This document shows, in pieces, positions 54,148 through 64,000 of a stretch of DNA of 64,000 bases. Under the pieces are notes generated by a model. The model worked only from the letters and a program-made list of their open reading frames with translations. It did no database searches and was not told the origin of the DNA. Position 1 is the stretch's first letter; the number at the start of each line of letters is the position of its first letter. Location of the stretch: contig NGBS01001179.1 in the NCBI GenBank assembly GCA_002245135.1, positions 62,001-126,000 of the forward strand, written 5' to 3'. The stretch comes from Proteromonas lacertae (lineage: Eukaryota). Position numbers and translations under genes: made by a program.

Positions 54148-55981
54148 ATGCTTTCAACTATTTGTATTAATCACGTTATTATAGTTTGTAGGTCAAGCGC
54201 AAAACTTTTTATATTTTCTTTTGACCTATGGCAGTTTGTTTCCCATATTTTTTATATCTAACGACACCTGTAACAAAAGAAGTGGCAAATATGTATTTTA
54301 TTTAATTTATTTGTAGAGATTCAATAGATTTTACTTTTAATTCTGAAAAAGTAAAGCAATTAAAAGAGTATATACCACCAAGTAACTTGAGAAAAGAAAA
54401 ATTACCTTTAAAACCAGAAAAACCGGTTGTAGCAGATATCAAAAATCCAGATATTGATTTATCAAAAATAGAAAGACCCAATTCTCTTTATTACTTCACA
54501 AAATACAACGATGATCGTGAAAGTTCATTTATCAATGGAAGATATGAGAATAACTTATCAGATTTAGATATAGTGAATGTTACAAAGCAAGTCAAAATAA
54601 TGGCAGAATATGTGAAGCAATCGATGAATCATTATTGGAAAGGATATGAAAAATGTTCTTATGGAAGTGATGGATTAGATCCTATCAATTGTCAGTCCAA
54701 AAATAATTGGGGCGGAATTGGCATTACCATAATTGATAATTTAGATACGTTATATTTATTTGGAATGAAAGATGAATATAAAAAAGCTGAAGAATGGGTT
54801 GATAAGAATTTAAAAGTAAGTGAAATAGATAAAGAATTGTTATTTACTGATGTTGTTCATCATATATTAGGTGGATTACTGTCCATTTATAGCTTGACAT
54901 ACCACGAGCCTTATAAAGTGAAAGCATTGGAATTAGCTGATTTGTTATTGAAGATAATAGGAAATCATGAATTTCCACCTGTATATATATATATATATAT
55001 CATTTTGTTATTATTATAAATAGTCTCAAGTAAATTTGAAACAACAAGAAGGTATTGATTATGACAATATCATTGTACCCGATGCTACAACATTCCAATT
55101 AGAATTCAAATATATTTCCAGACTTACCAGTGAAGAGTTTTATATAGCAAAAGGTTTATCAATTTATCAAACATTTGATGAAGTAAAGGGTAGAGGAATA
55201 TTTCCAATAGAAATTAAAGAATTCTAAACATCTACAAGGTGAATTATTGTATAATCATTTCTATGATTATGAATTAAAGACATGGTTATTATGTAATAAT
55301 CAAAATAATGTATATATTAATAATATATTTATATAATATAATATATAGTTTATAAAAGGTCTGTATAATAGAGCAAAAAGTGATTTACTTTCCAAATTTC
55401 TCTACAGACATCCAAATACTGATAAATTATTTGTAGGCTATTTGACAGGTCCAAGAAGGAATCGTAAATTTAATGGAATAATGGATAGTTCATTTTGTGA
55501 AGTTGTTAGTTTATTAGCTCTAGAAGTAACTACATCTGAAGTACCAGGTGCTTGTGATAAAGAATTACAAGTGGCAAAGTCATTAGTATATACATGTTAC
55601 AGATTATATATGACAAGTAAAACCAAATTAGGTCCAAAGTTGATAGAGTTTGATAAAGATCAGATTAATATAAAGAATTCAATGAATGAATTAGATGGTG
55701 ATTTAGCTGAAGCTTTATTCTTAATGTATCAAGCTACCAATGATCCAATATTCCAGAAATGGGGATGGGATTTGTATTTAGCTATTGAAGATAATGCAAA
55801 AGTAGCGTATGGTTATAGTGGTTTAAGTAATGTAAATGAGCCTGGTAGTTATACTGGTTCAATTAGACCAGATTTTGCATCAAGGACGTTAAAATTTTTA
55901 TATTTATTATTTGCACCTAAAACTCAGATTGATGTTAGAAATTATGTTTTTAATCCAAGTGGGCATTTGTATGAAATATAG
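54148..55981 (+). CDS. GH47-like paralogue E, catalytically degenerate
   Basis: FTDVVHH, HFYDYELK, LDGDLAEA, PDFASRTLK, FNPSGHL; four introns and probable frameshifts. Confidence 0.8.
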
Positions 55982-56149
55982 CTTTTTTTTCTCTCTCTCT
56001 CTCTCTCTCTATAAATGTAGTATTTATGTAATATACTTTTTTGTTATAAAATGTTGTTTTAATTATATAATGAATTTAAAAAATAAAACATATTTATAAA
56101 ATGAAAAGTTAAAAATTATAATAATGACTATTTGTAAATTTACTTTTTC

Positions 56150-58072
56150 TTATGATAAAATCTCAATTGGATGAGCTTCTGTATTAAATACAAACGTATT
56201 TAAATCTACTTTTGCATCATCTTTAAATAATAAATATAAATATTTTAATGTTTCAGCGCCAAAAAACGATTCTGTTTTATCTTCAAAACTTCCTATACTA
56301 TTAACATCATGAATTGAACTATATCCATTATCAACTTTTGTACTATTCTCTATTGCTAAATATATATCCCAACCCCATTTCTTGAATATAGCATCACCAG
56401 TTACTTTATACAAAATATACATAGATTCAATTGTTTCAGGTCTTAATGCATAATATTTCTGTTTTGGTGTCATTTCTCCTAACTTAAATTTCACTGATTC
56501 TGGTGACAAATGAGTTGCTTGTTGCATATACATTTGATAACAAGTATACAGTAAAGATTTAGACCATTCGATATCTCTATCAAAATTGGTTTTATCATCA
56601 GATTTATAAGCATCTAAAGCAATTAATCCACTTGCAAAACATGCTAAATGTTCCATTACATTTCTAACTTTCAATCTTTTATTACCAACCCCAATATATA
56701 GAAATCCATCACCACCACCATTATCGCCTTCTCCTCTTTGTGATAAAATGTCCATTAATCCATCTTTTGCTTTTAAATACATATCTCTTAATTCATCTTC
56801 TTTTTGACCTCCTTGAATCCAACACTTTAATAGATATTCATAAAATGAATCACCTGCTGTAGCAAATGAATATACACCATTTAAAGCTTCCTTTCATATT
56901 CACTCTGATTGGGTATAATCCATGATTTGAATATTGTTGAACTGCTTGATATATTTTCATTGAAGTATCTTCATACGTTGTATTTCCTGTTATCTTTGAC
57001 AAATATCGAAATTCTAATTGATATGATCCTATTTCTGCTAAATTTGTCTTTACTCCTTTTCCTTCACTTGTTGATAGTTTGATTCTTGAATATGCAAAAC
57101 CATTTGTCTGGTTAATAATCATCATAAATCTATCTGCTAAATTTACAGCTTTTTCTTTGAATATTTCTTCTTTAGATAAGGAATATGCACTTAATAAACC
57201 TCCTAGTACTCTAATTGATATTTCAAAAAAAGTTTGAAATGTATCAACCTTATTGAAATCCAAATTCTTCTTTATCCAGTCTTTACATCGATTGAATTCA
57301 TCTTTTAAATCCATTATATATAATGTGTCTAAACTATCAACTATTGTCATTCCGATTCCACCCCAGTTGTTTCGACCTTTACAACTGATTGGTTGAACTT
57401 CATCATATCCAAATGCACATTTTTCATATCCATTCCAAAAATATTTCATTGAATTTTTCACATGTTCAGCCATTATTTGACTTTGTTCTTTTATTGATTC
57501 TTTCTCAGATTCTATTACATCTGTGTGATATTTGCCTGTTTTTAGTTCAGATGGTGTAAATGATGATGGGATTGTGTATTTCAATGTTGTAGGAAGTGAT
57601 GCATCAAGTGATGGTTGTATTACATTACTCACAACTACATTATTATTATCATCTTTGTTATTATTGTTATTGTTATTATCTTCATCTTTTTCTACAGCTT
57701 TATCACCTGCTTCATCATTATCTTTATCATTAGCTTTAATTATTTTACCAATTTTTGGAGTTTTGATTAATCCTCGAAGTTCAGCATGACAACCTTTATC
57801 ATCACCACAAAGAGATTCAGTCATAGCTATTTAATTAAATTGAATATATGATACTAGGTCTACTTATAGAATTTGGGATATCTCTTTGTATTTTTCCTTC
57901 TACATCATCTGATCTATTAATATAGAATAACTTAGTATTTATACATCACCTCTTCTCTCTCATTTTTGTATGTGAAAATCATAATGACAGGAACACACAA
58001 CAGCGTTCCTATCAATACATACAACAACTTCTTGCCTTTCACTATATATATTTAAAATATTCAGGACATACT
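56150..58072 (-). CDS. GH47 class I alpha-1,2-mannosidase paralogue F, catalytic motifs intact
   Basis: FFEISIRVLGG, GDSFYEYLLK (after a 1-nt frameshift near 56882), EHLACF, LRPETIES, ESFFGAETLK, FNTEAHP; three 5' introns. Confidence 0.9.
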
Positions 58073-58658
58073 TATAAAGAGAAAAAAATTAAAATATATT
58101 CCAAAATTATAGTCGTTATATTATATTCTATTTTGAAAATTCTTCATTTATATGTCTATAAATGATAAAAAAATAAAATATAATTTCACAAGAAAATATA
58201 TACATATATAAAAAATAAAATATTAATCAGTGCACATTATATTCAAAATCTAATTTTACTACCATTTATTTTACTTTGCATTTCTTTCATTATAGAGGAG
58301 ATGGAATATAGTAGCTTAATAAGTTTTAATTGACATAAAACAATATACAATCATTTATTTATTTATTATTTTACCTCATAAATCAATATGCATTAAAATA
58401 ACACAAACAAATATTAATTATCATCTATATTGTATTTGTATCACATTTCACTTTCAATAACACTAACTAACACTAAAACTTAACATTCATCATTTATATC
58501 ATCATATCATATACAATATGCATTAATAAATCAGAATGAGTATTATTGTATTTATCACACCATTCAGCAATTGAATTATATCACATTTTAATTTTTGGGT
58601 TATTCAAAATTTTGATAAAAATTGAATTTCGTTATTTTTGTTATATATTTACATAAAG

Positions 58659-60792
58659 ATGATAATAAAAGTGAATAAAACATAAGAGAAGATGGGTATA
58701 TTAATATATTTATTTTTATGATAGATTATGTCGAAAATTGGTTCGAAAGTGGTTTTGGTGATATAGAAGTGAAGATTGGAGATAATCGAATAATGTCAAT
58801 CAAATCAATTTTAGTGAATGGAAATGAAACTGTAAAGAAACTGTTGTTAGATCGTGAGTTTGTAGGAGTTTTAGAGTTATATGAAGAAATCGAAGAAATT
58901 GGCTATTATGAGATGGAGAAATACTACAGTGGTGGTGAATTGATAATGTGTAAAGAGAGTGTATGTGAAGTGTTGATGTTTTGTTTATGTTATTGTGAAA
59001 AAGAGATAATAAATGATTGTTATGAATTTATGAAGAATAATATAGATGATGAAGTATTAATGAAATTAATACATATATGTAATGTATTTGGTGGATGTTT
59101 GAGAGAGATAGAAGACTTGAAAAATATGGAAATAGAAAAGCGAGGATATAAATATTTATATAAGAATGAATATTTGTTGAGATTAGAAATGAATAATTTG
59201 ATGGAGATATTAAATATGAAAAATGTGATAATTCGAAGTGAGAGTTGGTTATTAAATCGTTTATTAGAATGGTATAAATTCCAAAAGAATAAATATGATA
59301 ATGAAGAAATACAAGATGATTTTAAGCAATTGATAGAAGAAGATATCGATTGGTGAAAAGATAAAAGAGAAAGAGATAGAAAAAGAGAATAAAGAAATGT
59401 TGAAAGAAATGAAAATAGAATTAAAGAAAAATGAATGTAAAAATCATATAGAAATATATTTAATAAAAGATGAGAGAATTCAAAATGTAATAATCAACAA
59501 TTACAATGAAGATAATGAAGAAGAAGACTTTAATGAAGAAGAAAGAGGAATATTGGATAAAATGAAAGAAGAAGAGTTAAATGATGATATAATGTGTATA
59601 TTAGAAATGAATAATATAAAAATGATGGAAATAGTATTGATGATAATAAAGAATAAAAATATGAAAATGGAAAGTATAAATACTAAAAATATATTTAAAT
59701 AGAATATATCTCAAATACAGAAAAGAGAAATATATTGGAAAGATTATGTATAGAATATAATGAGAATAAAAGAAATCGAACAATGAAATGTTTATGTTTA
59801 TTCGTTGATGATAAAAAGAATATTTCAATAATGGAAGAAGTATGTGGAAAAGGAATTCTTTTTAGAATATTGAATGAAGATAATTATTTAAACTCCAAAT
59901 CCAAAGAATTATTAATGGAATATATAAAAGAGAATAAACTGAGTTTCGAAGAAGAAGAAGAAATGATTGTAATAATGAAAGATAAAGAATTATTGAAAGA
60001 AATAAAAACAAAAGAAATCACATCATTTTCATATCCTCAATCAGAATATTTCTTTATATCAGATGAAGAAATGTCAATAATTCCTTTATTTGATGGAAAT
60101 CGATGTGAATTTTCAATCAATCCTACATTGCAGATGGTTTAATGATAGATAAAGAAAATGGAATAATTAATGGAAAAGTAGAATAAAGAAATCGAAAAGA
60201 GAGAATATGAAATAAGTTGTAAGAATATTGTAAATGAAAAGAAATTCAAAATATCATTTGAATTTGTTGATATAAAATTCACAGAATTAAACAAAAATCA
60301 TGGATATTTCAAGTCTCAAATAATGGAAAATTAATGACAAATACATGTTATACGTTGTTATCGTCATTGTTATTTGAATTTGAAAATGGAAAATGGAGTT
60401 TATCATATCAAATATAAATATCATCAAAATGGAAGTGAATATGATGGTATAATGTTAGGATTATCAACTAATAATACATATTCTGGTGATGATATTTATA
60501 ATCAATCAACAACATGTAATTATGTATGCATTTAATGGTAAAAGTCAAGATATTAATAATTATTGTCATATTGGAAGAGTTGTTAATAAAAATCCAAATT
60601 TCAATAATCATGGAGATGGTTCAATTGATGAAGTGATTGTTGATATGAATGAAAGAGAATTTTGGATTAGTCATAATAATTCATCTCCTGTTTTACTTGT
60701 TAAAGATTTACCTTCTCACCATTATATACATATGCTGATTTATCCTGGAATACATATCACTTGAATTATTATCAGTTTCTCATCAAAATTAA
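58659..60792 (+). CDS. BTB/POZ + putative Ig + SPRY-like protein; heavily frameshifted, possibly a pseudogene
   Basis: GFGDIEVKIGDNRIMSIKSILVNGNETVKKLL (BTB); FSINPTL.DGLMIDKENGIINGK (Ig-like); CYLNLKMENGVYHIK..IMLGL..DEVIVDMNEREFWISHN (SPRY-like). Confidence 0.55.
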
Positions 60793-60957
60793 ATATCACT
60801 TTTAATATTAACATCACTATTTATTATTTGTTAGTATGTCATCATTGTGTATCCACTAGATTAATAGCAAAATGTACATATATATGCTGTATATTGAGTT
60901 TTTATTATAATAAAAATATATTCGTTTCATATTTTTGTTATTTTTCTTTAAATGCAG

Positions 60958-62032
60958 AAATATAACATAGAATTCGATTCTGATATAAAATGGAAGAGTG
61001 TGTATAGAAGAAATAATAAAAGCAAGAATGAAAAGCACATTTTATGCTTTCCTGATCATAATAGTGAAGGCCACAGAGTATATCGTAGATATTATATCAT
61101 AGCAATATGAATTTTGTGGAAGATCAATTATTGTGAAGACATTTTGTCCAACTCATACGAAATTATTAGTTTGTGGTAGTTTTAATCTAATAGGTAATGA
61201 AAGTGGAATGTATCATGTTGATGATGTTGTTTCTTATTCTTCAATAATTGAAAATGATAATAGAAAAGACTGTCCAATATATATCGGTGAAGAGATAAAA
61301 GCTTGTATGGTATATGAAATAAATTCAAACCTAAAAGCATGGAAAATGAATCAGAAATTACACAAAACTCCAAAAGCGTATTGCTTTATAGCTTATCTAT
61401 TTATTGAATCAAATAATCCTGATTATTATTTATGTGTAGCTTCAATAGTTTCTCCTCCTTTCAATATAGTATCAGCTCGTAGAAGCTGTATCGATAAATA
61501 TATTCAAGTTGAAATCCCTTCACCTCCTCCAATTGTACATCAACCACCATTTTCTCCAGTTAGTTATGAAGATGAAAATGAAACAAACAATCCTAAAGAA
61601 TCAGATTTATCATATATGATAAAATCAAAGAAAGATCCAAATATATTCAAATTTGATGATTTAATGCCTCATATATATGATGAAGATGAATTAAAATCAT
61701 GTAATAATAGTTCAAATATGCAAATAAACAATGATAAAGTGATTGAAAGAGAAGTAGAATCATATGAAGGAATGAAAGAAGTAATTAATGATATTATATT
61801 ATCAGAGCGAAATACTGTTTACAGAGTCAATTCAAATATGGGACGAGTTGAAATGAGAGTATTTAATCAGACTAATAACAATTCAAAGAGAGAAGAAATA
61901 AACTATTTTGGAGATACATATAAAGATTTGAATGAAAAGTTTAAAGAATATGAATATTTAGATAGTTTTGGAAATAAATGTGTTATAACTCCACCATTTA
62001 AAACGAAAAATAACGAAAAAGTATATAGTTGA
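60958..62032 (+). CDS. Hypothetical protein with a Cys/His-containing beta-rich N-terminal domain; start exon uncertain
   Basis: Exon KYNIEFDSDIKWKSVYRRNNKSKNEKHILCFPDHNSEGHR splices (25-nt intron) to QYEFCGRSIIVK and into ORF 61133..62032. Confidence 0.55.
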
Positions 62033-62258
62033 TTGATTTTGTTAAATTTAACTAAATTTATTATTTGATTTGGAATTATTTAGCCAATAAAATTAAATAA
62101 ATAATTCTTGTTTTAATTTCCTCTTGTTACACATGAATAAGAGAAGATTTTGAATTAATTACATAGATATGATATATAAAAATGTTACATAATAAATAAA
62201 CACAAAATAACAATAAAGAAATACAATAATAATGAATATAATAATGAAATAATAGTTT

Positions 62259-64000
62259 TTATCTGTCAAGAAATCTTACCTTCTTTAAAGCCAAGTATAA
62301 ACATATTATTACAACAACAATTTCTATCCATAAATATCCAATATTATTCCAATATTGACTGTATCTTATATCATACATATTACTGAAAAACTCATGAATA
62401 GTTGTTATACTTCCATCACTGCTTGTAAATGATGGACAATTCGTTATATTAATAACAGATTTTTCACAATCAAATTGATTAGCTGTAGAAGCTTGAATTC
62501 CAAATGCAAAAGGGTTAATCCAATAAATCCATTTCCAAGGTGCTTTTAAAGAAGGATAACGAAGTTGAAAACCACTACAAGCAAATAATATACTACTAAT
62601 ACATCCAGTTACAACACCAGCAACTTGCATAACTGGGAATGTATATGCAAACATTATACCACACATCGTTGCAAATATCATCATTGAATAATCAACAACA
62701 AATTCTTTAAATACAGCTGCTACTGTGCTTTTCAAACCCATCATTCCATAAGAGAAACACATATAACACCAAGCTACAAAGAATAAGAATAATATCTCTA
62801 CTAGAACATAACCAATTAATTGAGCAATTGGATGATAAGTTCTCATCGCATCTTCACGATAAAACACCATTCTTCTATCAATTAATACTGGAATTACACT
62901 TACTAAATTATTTGTAACTACTGTATTTATTCCAAATGATAATGCAGATAATCGACTTAACACATTTCCAGATGTTTCCATTGGTTGTTGGAAGTACAGT
63001 ACACCTGTAAATAATGACATTAATAAAATATTTCTAAATTTGGATGTATTATAATCTAATAATCTCCAATCAAATCGGAAATTTCTTTTAGTTACTTCCC
63101 ATATTTGTTTTGTTATTGAAACTGCATAATCTTCTTTGAAATTTATTGCTGGAGAATTGGCAGATTTTATATTCTCAAGAGTAATTTCTACATTACGATA
63201 TAAATCTGTTGTCAAATAATAATCACCAAATTTCACATTCTTTGTATTTCCTGTTCCAGCTCCAGTTACATCTAACATCCAACTGGCTGGATTTTGATCT
63301 TTACCAATTCCACTAACTCCATCAATCTTTTCCATATATTCTACTACCTTACTACCATTTTCACCAAGTGGACCAAAATATACTACTTTTCCACCTCTTT
63401 CTAATAGTAATACATCACTAAATAACTTGAATATTTCAAATGATGGTTGATGGATTGTACAAATTATACTTCGGCCACTTGCTGCGATTCTTTGTAAGAC
63501 TTGACATACTAATAAAGCAGCTGAACTATCTAATCCAGTTGTTGGTTCATCTAAGAATAATATTGATGGATTAGCTACTAATTCTATTCCAACCATCACC
63601 AATTTTCGAACACCCATTGGTAAACCATCCTCTTTTTTGCCTATCATCATATCTTTATATTCTTTTAATTCTAATAATTCAATCACTTCTTTTATATAAT
63701 TGTGGATTGTTGCTTCACTTGGATGACCTGGATATCTTAATCTGGCACTAAACATCAATGCTTCCATTACTGTCTCAGTTTCAGGTAATGTATCTTGTTG
63801 TTCAACATAACCACTAACCATACATAAATCTTTGGCTTTATATTCTTTTCCATTCAATAAGAATTTACCTTCTATCTTTCCTTGTGTTTTTCTGTTTGCT
63901 AATACATCTAATAATGTTGTTTTACCAGCTCCACTTGCTCCCATTAATGCTGTCATACTGTGACTTCTTACATAACCACTAACATCATTTAATAATACTT
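62259..64000 (-). CDS. ABCG/PDR-type ABC transporter, C-terminal NBD + TMD (5' part outside the window)
   Basis: LLNDVSGYV, Walker A GASGAGKTTLLDVLA, GYVEQQD, Walker B ILFLDEPTTGLDS, CTIHQPS, NPASWMLDV, ABC2-type TM domain. Confidence 0.95.
   Translation of the reverse strand, partial: VLLNDVSGYVRSHSMTALMGASGAGKTTLLDVLANRKTQGKIEGKFLLNGKEYKAKDLCMVSGYVEQQDTLPETETVMEALMFSARLRYPGHPSEATIHNYIKEVIELLELKEYKDMMIGKKEDGLPMGVRKLVMVGIELVANPSILFLDEPTTGLDSSAALLVCQVLQRIAASGRSIICTIHQPSFEIFKLFSDVLLLERGGKVVYFGPLGENGSKVVEYMEKIDGVSGIGKDQNPASWMLDVTGAGTGNTKNVKFGDYYLTTDLYRNVEITLENIKSANSPAINFKEDYAVSITKQIWEVTKRNFRFDWRLLDYNTSKFRNILLMSLFTGVLYFQQPMETSGNVLSRLSALSFGINTVVTNNLVSVIPVLIDRRMVFYREDAMRTYHPIAQLIGYVLVEILFLFFVAWCYMCFSYGMMGLKSTVAAVFKEFVVDYSMMIFATMCGIMFAYTFPVMQVAGVVTGCISSILFACSGFQLRYPSLKAPWKWIYWINPFAFGIQASTANQFDCEKSVINITNCPSFTSSDGSITTIHEFFSNMYDIRYSQYWNNIGYLWIEIVVVIICLYLALKKVRFLDR

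Noticed and set aside
55990..56010. (CT)n run and intronic (AT)n runs
   Set aside because: Ordinary microsatellites.
1..64000. Stop-codon reassignment or programmed frameshifting to explain broken ORFs
   Set aside because: Breaks resolve as GT-AG introns or lone indels with no shared slippery motif, and multi-kb ORFs read cleanly in the standard code.

Overview
AT-rich, gene-dense eukaryotic DNA with many tiny (about 25-43 nt) GT-AG introns and GU-rich elements after stop codons. This resembles a Blastocystis-like stramenopile, which is an inference and not proven. Many genes are split by isolated 1-nt indels, mostly insertions, which look like long-read errors. Contents in order: a giant (>6000 aa) cysteine-repeat type I membrane protein gene (minus strand, 19601 to beyond 1); PINX1 head-to-head with a stand-alone PRMT3-like zinc finger gene; an orphan; a Venus-flytrap/class-C-like 7TM/RGS fusion receptor; a CENP-B/pogo-type HTH-only gene; a BTB-Ig gene; an HMG-box gene; two divergent intronless orphans, one with clan CE protease motifs; a 4.6-kb inverted near-identical copy of the middle of the giant gene; a cyclin; an ML/NPC2 lipid-binding gene missed by the ORF track; an IQ/p25alpha/B-box/WW protein; an array of six GH47 mannosidase paralogues (three catalytically intact, three apparently dead) with an anchor-only 72-aa relative; a BTB-Ig-SPRY-like gene; an unknown Cys/His protein; and the 3' half of a PDR-type ABCG transporter. 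Best leads: the inverted repeat that could flip the giant gene's 5' end onto a secreted form, the VFT-7TM-RGS chimera, and the GH47 enzyme/pseudoenzyme array with sharp gene-conversion tracts. All calls are by-eye motif recognition and no database search was run.
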